In this document: one piece after another, positions 13,033 through 24,600 of the stretch
Layout: every line of letters begins with the position of its first letter
Numbering within the stretch: the stretch's first letter is position 1
Assembly (NCBI RefSeq): GCF_037042905.1
Contig: NC_087252.1
Coordinates: forward strand, 3,102,001 to 3,166,000
Direction: 5' to 3'
DNA from: Lytechinus pictus
Lineage: Eukaryota
DNA: 64,000 nucleotides
The notes under the pieces: model-generated
What the model was told of the DNA's origin: nothing
What the model saw: only the letters and a program-made list of their open reading frames with translations
Databases searched by the model: none
Program-made: the position numbers and the translations under genes

Positions 13033-14181
13033 CTAACTACGACCACGATGCCGAAAAGCCGCTGTACGCATTGCCCTGGAACATTCAACTGACTCCAAAA
13101 GACAAGTAAGGGCCTGAGAAATTTCAGGTTTGAGGGATGCAAGTGTGCGTGAACGGAGTTCTGTGCCGTACCTCTGCTTCACCACCTGGGGAAGGTCAGG
13201 GTGCAAAAGGCGAAGCCACTGCAGAACAATAAAATTCTCAATCGTAGGCGAAAGTTCTTCATCATCCAGGATAGGATCACCGTGATGGGTAATACCACCA
13301 CCAGCCGTCAACAAATTTTCCTGGTCGCTCATCAGATTCCAGCTTTTTTTTGCAAATATAAAAAAAACAAATGGGCACCTGTTGCCTGGAAGCCATAGTG
13401 AAGTCTAATAGTGGCTAAAATGTCATTCAAAGAAGTGGAATTGCGAACAATAGAATTTGTAGCAATGACGGGACAAAAATTAGAAATCTGACCGAGCATA
13501 AGATCAAGGAGGTTCGCTTTCTGTTGAGCAGTCTTGCGTAGATCTGAAGGAACAGAGGGTTGTCATCTATGAAACCCCTTGTGGAAGGTCAGGGTGCAAA
13601 AGGCGGAGCCACTGCAGAACGATGAAATTCTCATTTGTAAGCGAAAGTTCTTCATCATCCAGGATGGGATCACCGTGATGGGTAATACCACCACCAGCCG
13701 TCAACAAATTGTCCTCGACAAAGGCAAGTAATCTCTGACATAAATCTTCTGGTCGCTCATCAGATTCCAGCTTTATCTCGCAAAAATCCAAAAAATGGGC
13801 ACCTGTTGCCTGGAAGCCATAGTGAAGTCTAGTAGTGGCCCAAATGTCATTCAAAGAAGTGGAATTGCGAACAATAGAATTTCTAGCAATGACGGGACAA
13901 AAATTAGCAATCTGACCGAGCATAAGATGAAGGAGGTTCGCTTTTTGTTGAGCAGTGTTGCGTAGCTCTGAAGGAAGAGAGGAATTGTCATCTATGAAAC
14001 CCCTTGTGGGGTTAGCTTTTGTTTTCTTACCCCATGTTACCGACTCAGAAAGGAAGAATGCAAAGTTAGGGTCAATATTCAAGGTGTACAAAGGATTATG
14101 TCTCCATCCTTCAAAGGATGTAATTGATTCGACTTTACCCAAGCACCATTGCTTTGGTACTTTCGGCATACTGCACGCCAT
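13033..14181 (-). pseudogene. Gypsy gag with internal ~400-bp tandem duplication
   Basis: ORF 13567-14181. Peptide [23 protein letters not shown]...LHPDLPQ occurs twice (ORFs 13567 and 13033). Confidence 0.8.
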
Positions 14182-14333
14182 TGTAAGGCTGTGGGACCAA
14201 CACTAATTACGGCTAGATCTAACCAACTACTCGTTCACGGTAAACTTACATTAACGGTGCAACCGGCAAAGTCCAGCAAAGTCTCAGCAAAGTCCTTCAA
14301 ATGTGGCCTAAGAAAGATATTCAGGCGAGAGTG

Positions 14334-14353
14334 AATCCCAATAGCGGCCACCA
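14334..14353 (-). promoter_or_regulatory. Primer binding site of the Gypsy element (tRNA-Leu-like)
   Basis: TGGTGGCCGCTATTGGGATT immediately after the LTR end ...TGTCA. It resembles the complement of a tRNA-Leu 3' end, with mismatches. Confidence 0.6.
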
Positions 14354-14613
14354 TGACAATAAATTAGGACACGGAAGCAACTTTGTAGTTAGGATTAATA
14401 TTTGATTAACCGTAATCAAGTCTAGAGTCGGACAAACGTGTTTCCGTATAACTGACACAGATGGCACTATACCATTAGATACAAATCAACTGGCGCTGAG
14501 GCATGGCGGCTTGTCAATGTTCAGAACCCACCTTCACCCGACAAAGGAAATTATTATTGGTATAGTGTCTATCTGACGGTCAATTGGATCGGGGTCGCCC
14601 TAGCCACTAACCC

Positions 14614-14685
14614 GTCTCTGTGGTCTAGTGGTTAAGGCACCGGCGTTCAAAGCTGGAGGCCCGGGTTCGAATCCCGGCAGAGACA
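14614..14685 (+). tRNA. tRNA-like gene with complete cloverleaf and UCA anticodon (tRNA-Glu-related, repeat-borne; function unproven)
   Basis: GTCTCTG/CAGAGAC acceptor stem; GTCT/AGGC D stem; CCGGC-GTTCAAA-GCTGG anticodon arm (TCA at 14647-14649); CCGGG-TTCGAAT-CCCGG T arm; discriminator A; TTTTT terminator at 14686-14690. Confidence 0.6.
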
Positions 14686-15465
14686 TTTTTCAGCATCACC
14701 ACTTGGTCTAATAGCCACTTGGTCTAATACCAAATTGGTCTAATGACCGCTTAGTCTTAAAACCACTTGGTCTAATGCCCAGTTGGGCTAATCGTCATTT
14801 GGTCTAATTGCCATTTCGTCTAATGTATTTTATTGTCACTTGGTCTAATTGCATTTGGTCTAATATTAGTTCGTCTAATAGTCGGATGGTCTAATACTAA
14901 TTGGTCTGATACCAGTTGGTCTAATCCTCACTTGGTCCATTATTCATTTGGTCTATATTGCCGTTGGTCTAATCCTCATTTGGTCCATTATTCAGTTAGT
15001 CTAATGTGCAATTGGTCTAATTTCCATTTCGGTCAATCTCCACTTGGTCTAATTTTCAGATAGTCTAACATTCATTTCGTCTACATGCCATCTGGTCTAA
15101 TTTGTAAAGTCTGCATGGTGACTTGCTTTCAATTTTCTGGTGAAATTTGTAAAGTTACTTTCCGTGCGCCGGCTTCGAATCTTCACACGCGCGCCCCTCG
15201 ATAATGTAATACAGTTACAGTGACGTATATTTCGGCCCCAACTGAATTTTGAAAACATGGGGATTTTGGAAAGCCTGTGGGGGACGAAAAAAATATGGGG
15301 GTTAAACAAACATTGGGGATTTTTGAAGGTTTCGGTGAAAAACAATCAAATTTGCTCTTTTTCTGTAAAATAACGCTAATATAGAGGTGGAAAAAATTTG
15401 ATATTTATTTATCCACCTCTATGTATACGATCTACTGTAGATACATGTAGTTAACGCTGGCTTAA

Positions 15466-16037
15466 AGTGATCATTTCACTTTGTTCTGATTTAAAAAATT
15501 CTCCTTTTGGTTCCTGAAAATGGGCTAAACATTAGGCTTACAGTGTAAAAATACCATCCCAAAAGTTTCAAAGTATTATATTTACAGGATCAATTTTAAA
15601 CCTTGGAGATGTAAACCAAAGTTTGAAATAATTGGGAGTTGGTTTCAATGACTATGTGTATACAGGGAATCTGTGCACCACAACACATTAATTCTAGATG
15701 AACACAGCATGACCTACATATACAGTGTGTACAAGATATACACTGAATGTACAGTGCAGCTAATAGTGTGTGTATAGGAGATACACACGACAGAAGGCAG
15801 TCAAAATACCCAACGGACTTTTTGAATTGGAGAAAACTGGTCATAAGCTGAACCCGTCTACTAGACGGTTCTCAAAATCAGGCTAATAAATTGCTACTTG
15901 TATCTAAATTACAGTTTTTCATCCTATATTGTGGTCTGTTTCAGGGTTTTTGAGAACAAATACAGGCACCCATACGCACGTTTCAACTCAGTTTGATAAT
16001 TTTTTTAATCTGCTGCTCACAAAGTTAAACGATCCCT
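15466..16037. mobile_element. Kolobok-like MITE (TTAA TSD)
   Basis: TTAA|AGTGATC...GATCCCT|TTAA with imperfect TIRs. Confidence 0.7.
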
Positions 16038-16047
16038 TTAACCCAAT

Positions 16048-16463
16048 CATGGTTCCCAACTTTTCAAGAAACAAAAATCCCGGATTTTTCTCTGATGAAG
16101 TTAAAAAAACTTCCCGAGTTATTTAAACCCATTCCCAGTTTATCATGTTTTCTAAGTTGTTGCAGTGAATTACATGTATTATTGTTTTTTCAGCTATGCA
16201 TGTATAATGTACCAGTAGGCCTATACTTGTGTTGTAGTAAAATAGGCTAAAAAAACCCCACCATAACATGTCATTCAATGAATGCTGTTTTAATATACAA
16301 CAAAATATAACAGAGTCTGAATGACTATCGTGCTTTCGACTTTTGGGCCGATCAAAATTCCCTGATCTTGCCCTATTGAGGCATTTTCCCCGGATTTGAG
16401 GCAATCCCTGACTGGAGAAACGTTTTAAAAATCTCTGATTTCCCTGATGGAGTGGGAACCTTG
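16048..16463. mobile_element. MITE, TIR CA(T/A)GGTTCCCA, apparent CCAAT duplication
   Basis: ccaat|CATGGTTCCCA ... TGGGAACCTTG|ccaat. Confidence 0.6.
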
Positions 16464-16907
16464 CCAATCCATTTTAAGGAGGTGGCGAAGAAGTAGAACA
16501 AAAACAGATTGAGAAGATGAATAAGATGAATGACTACTGTGGTGATAACTAATAAAGGTCTGCAAGCGTAGACTATACTGTGTTATTACCATAGAGTTAA
16601 ATACGTGTTTAGGTTCATATAACTCTATGGTCTACGTCATAATGATTTGGCTGCTACCAAGATGGACGCAGTGATGTTGTTGCAGCTAACCCGATAGACC
16701 TGTATAGTGTTATCAAACTAACTGGTCAGTTATTTGCCTCCAAACAAACTATTGAATTAACTAAACAAAATATTCATAACAAAATTATATGATCTAATTC
16801 TAATGGCTTTGTAGTTTTGGAATCCCCCAAAATGCATAACTAGGCCATCAAGTTATAGTATCGTCCGTAATGTAATGGTGCATCACAATGATTTAAAACA
16901 GGCATAA

Positions 16908-19150
16908 TAGTCGGGTAGATATGATCAGAATTATTGCATGACCGTCAAGTTGGGTATATATACAATTTTTTTTTGATGAAAGTTGTAGTATAGGGTGTCT
17001 ACTTCAAGAATCCGACGGGTGCCACTTGGGTACCCTTGGGCATTTTTTTTATTGACGTCATAGGCCACGCCCACTTTTTTTTTTACATACCTCATAAATA
17101 TGACTTTCATATTTTACGTTAATAACATGTCATGCTTGGTATGAAAGCTAATGACAAATCAAATGCAAATATATGGATCACTGGGCATTTAGATCACAAT
17201 AATGTCAGTAAAAGGTCATTTAAGGTCATAAAAGGTCAAATTGCATTACAAATGTAAGTAATACATAGAAGGCGAAAAATATAATGTTTTGAATACAAAT
17301 AAGTTAGGTATCATATGCATTTTGTACAGAAAGTTAAGTTAAGGGTGCGCATATTAAGAATCCAATGGATGCGACCTTGGCATCTTGAGGAATTTTACTT
17401 TTCTGACGTCATAAACCACACAAACTTTCTTACATTCCTCTAAATTACTACTTTTCTATTGAGCGGAATAAACATATCATGTGTGATATCAATAAGTACA
17501 AATGCAAAATCAAATTCACATATTTGAATCACAAGGCATTTAGAATGCATTCAGGGCAATTAAAGGTCATTTAAGGTCATGAAAGGTCAAATTAGGTCAC
17601 AAACTTAAGCATTGCAACATATAATGCGGACTATCTCATGAATTGAATACAAACAAGTTGAGTATCATACATATTTTGGGCTTTAGGTTATGTTGAGGAT
17701 CTGTATTTTCAGAATCTGACAGGGGCTACTTTGGTAGCCTTGGGGCAACGTCATTTTCTGACGTAATAAACCACACCATTCTTTTCACATAGGACAACCT
17801 CTTAATTATGACTTATCTATGATCTATTGTATGGAATAAACACATCATGTTTGGTATCAAATGAAAGTTTGTGGAAAATGGAATGTACATTTATACAAAA
17901 ATAAAACACACTGTGTCATAAACAAGTGCGGGCAGGCCTAATGTCTTGTTACACGTACTATCAGTTATCTTCTGAAGATGTCATGGGAGTAGAAGCATAT
18001 ATAATTGTTCTCTGACGACACTGATTTTTCTGTTCTACCAGACTGTTATGCTTTTAGGATTTACAAGCCTTTTGCATTCTGATGGAAAGGTAATCGACAT
18101 GTATGGTATTGAAACTAGGAGAAAAAAGCTGGCTGTGCACAATTCCTTTCATTAGGTTGGGATACCATGTTGTGTTAATTTGGCGAGGGAAATACTTTCA
18201 CTCTGAACTTACTGCTTACTCTACAGAGCCTGATGTAGAAGAAGTGGACAGGAATCAGGATCAATTAAAGCTGTAGTATTCAAACTTTATCTCCTTCTTA
18301 ACTAATAATAAATGTAAAGATTAAGAGCCTACCCCAACTGAAAAGTCAGCAAAAAAAGCGTGTCAAATGTGCTCTTCTCCAGGATCTTCAGCCGGAGAAA
18401 ATCTTTTCCGGAAGACTCCCCCTGCAACTAATCTTTCATGTATGATGGGAAGTATATTAAGTTAGGAGGGCATTCCTGTACCTGTTCATAGCACAGTAGA
18501 TACTTCCATCATGGAATTGTCAGAACTTATTCCATGTGGATTAATATCGGGGCCACCATGCATATTCTAGGGCTAGCGTTTGTCACTTTGGTGTATCGTA
18601 TTGTGCCATTCTAAACACAATTACAAATTAACATGCAATCGAGATTGAAGAGGGGCAAATCAGTCTGGAAGAGGATTAAGCAAGTTCAGAGTGGAAGTCT
18701 TTTCCTTGCCAGATTGACACAATATGTTATCCCAACCTAAAATATTGTCTGTGCACAGCCAGATTTTTTTGCTTAGTTATAATACCATAACTTTAATATC
18801 GATCACTTTTTCATCAGTATGCTTGTAAACCCTAAAATGAGAACAGTCTGGTAGAACACAAATGTCAGTGTTGTCAGAGAAAATTATTTAAATTATGCTC
18901 ACTCCCATGACATCTTCGGAAGATAACTGATACAACGTGGAACAGGGCATTAGACCTACCTGAGTACATGGAACAGGACATTAGACCTCCCCGTACTTGT
19001 TCATGATACAGTGGTTGGTACCTTTGCAGATGTAAGTCAGTGTCACCATGTTCTATGAGGCTTAATGCAGTTGCTGCCCAGCCGTCAAATCATGTATTTC
19101 ATAATTCATACTGCAAGTGTGAAACGAACATGACAAAGTATACAGCTAAG
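16908..19150. mobile_element. Truncated TAG-terminal element, same family as 43703-46517
   Basis: taa|TAGTCGGGTAGATATGATC is the reverse complement of the 46499-46517 end. Has ~350-bp subterminal repeats and an internal inverted repeat (~17900-18250 vs ~18640-19010). Right TIR absent. Confidence 0.8.
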
Positions 19151-19994
19151 GCACAGACATGCGGTCGAGATTGTTGAGGAATTTACACTTGATTACATTT
19201 TCAACATCATCTTATAATCGATATCCAGGTCTAATCATAAGAATTATTTAATGAGCGACTATCTCATCATCGATAGTCCTTCACGGTGAGGTTTTGCGCC
19301 CACCAGCCCCACCCCGGCTCTACCCCTCCGGATCCTGGCGATATGTATATATTAACTAATGCATGTCATTTATCCATTACGTACCATATTTGCTAAATCT
19401 AGATATAATAGATAATCATAAGTGATACTATATTAGAATGGACATTAGACCAAGTGACGATTAGCCCAACTGGTCATTAGAACAATTGGCGATTAGACCA
19501 AGTGGTCACTAGACCATTTGGTTATTAGACCAAGTGGTCATTAGACCAATTAGATAGTAGACCAAGTGGAAATTAGACTAAATGGAAATTAGACCAAGTG
19601 GAAATTAGACCGAATGGTCATTATACCATGTGGCAATTAGACAAAATGATAATTAGATCAAGTGGAAAATAGCCGAAGTGGAAATTAGACTAAGTGGTGT
19701 TAGACCAACTGGAAATTAGACTAAATGGTTTTAGCCCAACTGCTCGTTAGACGAATTGGATATTAGACCAAGTGGGGATTAGACGAATTGGATATTAGAC
19801 CAAGTGGAAATAGCCCAACTGGTTATTAGCCCAAATGGAAATTAGACGAATTGGATATTAGACCAAGTGAGAATTAGACGAATAGGATAATAGACGAACT
19901 GGTTGTAGACGAAATGAGTTTAGACTATGTGAAGTTAGACAAACTGATAAGTAGACCATGTGGAATTAGACCATCCGATAATTCACCATCTTAC

Positions 19995-20096
19995 CTGCCA
20001 TAAATTTGCTTTTCCTGGCCTCCCTTTATCATGTTTATACAGTGACATTTCAAGAAAGTCTAAGTCGTTCCAATCCATATAAGAAAGGGTTGTCAG
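19995..20096 (-). other. Candidate isolated coding exon (LTTLSYMDWNDLDFLEMSLYKHDKGRPGKANLWQ)
   Basis: 102-nt open phase 0-0 segment between acceptor ttgttacag and strong donor CAG|GTAAGA. No family recognised. Confidence 0.3.
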
Positions 20097-20189
20097 CTGT
20101 AACAAACTGCACACCAATTCAAATACCATGCTTTGTTATTGCCAATCCCATCATTTTGTCAGACTAACAATGCGGCTTAGGAAGCGAAG

Positions 20190-20850
20190 AACATACTTCC
20201 AGTATTTTTCCTTGAATATTAATATTAGGATTTGAATGCTTAGTGATAGCAACATATTAATTTGAAGAAAAAAAAAACTGAAATGTTTTCACTGCAGTCA
20301 ATGTGATAAAAATCAAAATTTCTTGACATTTTCCATATAAGGATACTTATTTGCATAATATGCAAATAAGTCAGATTTGCTAGCTTTTTTAATTAAAGAC
20401 ATTGAACTTATTTATTCATCATGAACTTTTGTTCGAAATTACTTGCTGTGGACATTTAATTTGTAATCTTTGGATTAATTTCCTCATTTTCTATTTTCTT
20501 AAATTGCTAATTTGCATAATATGCAAATTGATTTTCAGGCATTGGGATGAATTATCATGCTTAGTAATATAGTTGCATATTAATGTTAACATTAATGGAA
20601 TGCTTTTAAGCAGTCTATATGAGAAAAATCACAATATCTTGACATTTTTTCCATAAGGATGCTTATTTGCATAATATGCAAATGAGGTGAAATTTTTTTG
20701 CACTTTTGATTAAAAACATTGAATTCAGTTATTTATCATGAATTTCCATTCAAATTAAATTGTTTTGGACATTTGATTTGTAATCTTTGGATTATTTCCC
20801 TTCTTTTTCTATTTTTTTTTTCATGGCTAATTTGCATAATATGCAAATTC
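20190..20850. repeat. ~320-bp tandem duplication carrying four ATTTGCATAATATGCAAAT palindromes
   Basis: Exact 19-mer at 20349, 20510, 20665 and 20830. Confidence 0.8.
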
Positions 20851-21686
20851 AAGTTCAAGTTCAAGTTCAATTTTATTTTCTCAACAATATATATATAAAA
20901 AACAGTATACAATATGTACAAGAATGAAAATTACATCAGAGAAAAACAGAAGCTACTGAAAAGTTCATAAGAACTTGTGAGTTGTAGCTCCCAAAATAAA
21001 TTCCCACTGTTTGGATTCCTCGGGACTTTTAGTATATGGTTTAGGGTACATTCCTGTAAAGCATTTCAGTGGAATATCTCGTGTTGCAATTAGTGGTGGG
21101 TTACCCCCCCCCCCCCCTATTCTGGCTAGATTGACTGGACTAATACAGCATACTTGCGAAAACACACCTACGCACACACAGCGTCGCATTCCATATAGCC
21201 TCCCACGCCTAAGCACACGCCCTAACATGCACACCCACGACCCTTGCACATCCACACACATCCTTTTATCTCATCATTCACCTCAGTTTTCATTTGCGTT
21301 GGCATAGTTGGTGTGTGTGCAAGCGAGTTGTGCTCAGCTATACAGGCGGGAAATTTAATCTACATAGTAAGAATTTACTATGTCGATAAAAAATTCTTAT
21401 AATCTGGTCACATAAGCATCGGCAATTGTTTATTGTTTATAATAAACAGACATTTATTGCATTGATAATTATGCCGAAAGAAACAGTCTACGTTACATTT
21501 AAAAGAAAAAATAATTTGCACCTGGATACATTATCATACATAAACATTTAAAATTCGAAACTATACTCGGTATAGGCCTATTGTGGCAATTTGCGGAGAC
21601 GCCTTTTCCATTTATTATGTACTTTATCATCACGTGTTTTATTTCTATTTTTATTTATTCATTTAAGTGTTCGTATGTACCATTAA

Positions 21687-24600
21687 TAGTCCGGTCTGTT
21701 AGCGTCAAAAACACCCTACTTGTGGACACAGTGGACAAAAGCATGATTTTTTCTCCAGACCTTTGTTTATGTATAAGAATTAAAAATGGGGTATGCTCCA
21801 AAAAATCTGGCTGCAGGAACAGTGAAAAAATGGGTGAAAATGTCAGAATTTATGAGTTTAGATTGGTCTGATATATAGACTAGCGCTAGTGCAAAACTCA
21901 ATAGCAGTGCATTATTTTGCATTGGTTTAGTTCTTGAATTCAGACCCTTTTTGAACAGATATTTTGTTTGTCCTCACATCTCAATACACTAAATATCTGA
22001 ATGCAGATGCTAAACAAGCCGAAGGGTGGCGGTGGAGGGGGTTGAATGTTGGTGTGTATGTACATATTTAGGTCTTGGTGTAAAGATGTGCAAGACACAT
22101 TTTTTGCATGTGTTGCCATGGTAACAGTGTATTATGGCAAAATAAGGTTACAAATCTTGCAGTTAGAACTACTTCCTCTGTTTTCATCCGATTCTCATGA
22201 AATTTGGCACACACATTGGTCTTGAGGTGAAGATGTCTAAGACACATTTTGTGTGTCTTTCTGAAATTTTGTTGCCATGGTAACAACGTAACATTTGGTG
22301 AAAATTGGGGGGAAAACCTTACAATTCAAACTGATTTATCAGTTTTAAATCAATTCTCATGAAATTTGGCACACACATTGGTATTAAAGTAAAGATGTAC
22401 AAGGCACTTTTTGTGATTGTTTCAGAAATTGTGTTGCCATGGTAACAACATATTATATGGCAAAATTTAGGTAAAAACCTTGCAATTTGAACTACTTCAT
22501 CAGTTTCAAACCAATTCTCATGCATGATATGGCTCACACATTGGCCTTGAGATAAAGATGTGCAAGAACCTTTTTTTTTTCATTTGTCAGAGAGTGCATT
22601 GCCTTGATAACCACATATAGCCAGAAATGCAGGGAAAACTCATCAATTGTGGATCAATCTACTTCTCAGTTTTCAGCCTGTGCTCAGAAAAGTTTACACA
22701 AATATTCATTTTGGGTAAAGATTCACATTCAGTGTTAAAGGGGAATCCAGCCTTGGTCATAAAATGTTGTGTGGAAAAGGAGAAAAATAAGAATGGTGAA
22801 AGTTTTAAAACAATCGGACAAGCAAAATAAAGTTATGGCTGCTTTAAAATTAAGATCCCTAAGGCTACTAGTATGTAGATTTCAAATTGATAATGGGTAA
22901 GTAAATTATGACAAGGGGTGAGGCCGCAAGGACAACTTTCCCATTGGCCTTGTACTTTGATTTTTGGTTTTCTCCTAAATTTCATTGGGGCCGTAATATA
23001 AACCTGTTAGTATAATGCTTTATGTCCTCATGAAAGAAAGATACAATTTGAAGTAAAACTTTTGAAAAAGACATTTTAGTCAATTAATTATTTCTGTACA
23101 TGGAAGAGTGGTCCTTCCCTTACATCATTATGACATCACATGTGCGGCCAATTTGAAGTCTTCATGGGTATATAGTGATTACCAATGTTTACAACTTTTA
23201 TATATTCACAACTTTCTTATGGTTTGTCCGATATTGTTCAAACTTTGACCTATTGTCTGATTTTTTCTTTTCCTCATAAAAACAAGTTTATTTGCTTTGG
23301 ATTCCCCTTTAACATCATAAAATAGCGCAGGGTATTCATGGTATTAATCACCTTCAATAATATTTATAGGTTCTTTTTTTGGGGGGGCGGAGGAGGTCCT
23401 TAAAAACTGACAACATAAAAATATAGAAGGTTAAAGGACATGGCCATTAGGAACTTAAACACTCTTAAAGAAAGCACCCCTTCCATTTTTTTTTTTTTTT
23501 TGGTTTTTTTTGGGGGGGGGCCTTTAGAAAATTGCCACATAAAGAGTAAAGGAAATAATTACAACTAGGAACTGACCCCCCCCCCCAAAAAAAAAGGGGG
23601 GGGGTAAGAAAAATCCTTTACACTTCAGCGTATTAATTTAAAGCCTAAAACATTCTGGTTTGATAAAAGATAATTTCCGGTGCCCAATTAATCAACGTTT
23701 TATTTATCTCCGGATTTTCTTACATCACTTTTTGCACTTTAGAGCTTTACCATACCTTCTTGTTTTGTTTCCTCCCCCCCCTCTTTTTCTCCCTCTCTAA
23801 GTACATTTCTTTTTTGCTATTTTAATTCATTATTATCTAGCAACAATTATTCCATTTTGAATGCTTACACCTACACTGAAATATAATACCATGACATTTA
23901 TTCTTTTCTTCATAATCTTCTAAACTCTATTTTGGCTACACTCTGTCCTAAATAATACTATTAGCTATATTTAATGTCTAGTTTAAAGAATTGAAGAAAT
24001 GGCTGTCATGATATTATATTTCGGTAAAGGTGCATCAAATTCATAGTTGCAGCATTCAGAATGGAATAACTGTTGCTTGAAAAAAAATGGATTAAGTTGT
24101 TTTCCGAAAATCCTCTGTGAAAATTTTAGTTATATCACTGAGTTTTCCCATTCCTGCAGTTACCACCATCTGAAAGGGATATGACTAGAATATATGTAGA
24201 GAAATAAAAGTCATCATTTGCTCAATGAACAGTGAATACGTTCGTCCTTACTCCAATGCAAAATTATTTGCATTTTTTGTGACAGTCAGATCTTGCATCC
24301 AACAATTTTGCTACTGAAACATAATATTCATTTTTTGACAATTATACTGAAAAAATTAAATGAAATAAAATTGAAGGCAAAAAATTATTGTGCACATATG
24401 CATATTTTTGATATGGTATGCTATTGAGTCATGGATTTGCAAGTGAATTTCTAAAACAAGTGCAGAGATTTTTGTATATATATATATATATTTCTATAAT
24501 TAGTTGCATGATTAAAGGTTCACTTTATAATATGTCAGAAAAAATATACTTGGAGAGAAGAGAGGGTAAAAAAAGGAGAGAGGAAACATAAGATGGTATG

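Larger units (their letters stand above)
10292..14543 (-). mobile_element. Decayed Ty3/Gypsy LTR retrotransposon (5' LTR, PBS, gag, protease, RT, RNase H; integrase core and 3' LTR missing)
   Basis: Putative LTR 14354-14543 (TG...CA) followed by PBS TGGTGGCCGCTATTGGGATT. gag-like ORF 13567-14181, protease motif TLDSGA (~12660-12690), RT/RH in ORF 10254-12461. Several frameshifts. Confidence 0.9.
14698..19987. mobile_element. Foldback-type element: inverted arms made of ~21-bp tandem repeats
   Basis: (ttggtctaat...)n at 14698-15102 and its reverse complement (attagaccaagtgg...)n at 19432-19987. The left outer end appears truncated, so no TSD is visible. Confidence 0.7.

Noticed and set aside
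14614..14685. Selenocysteine tRNA
   Set aside because: It has a UCA anticodon but a standard 7/5 fold, a 4-nt variable loop and 72 nt length. tRNA-Sec has a long variable arm and an extended acceptor stem.
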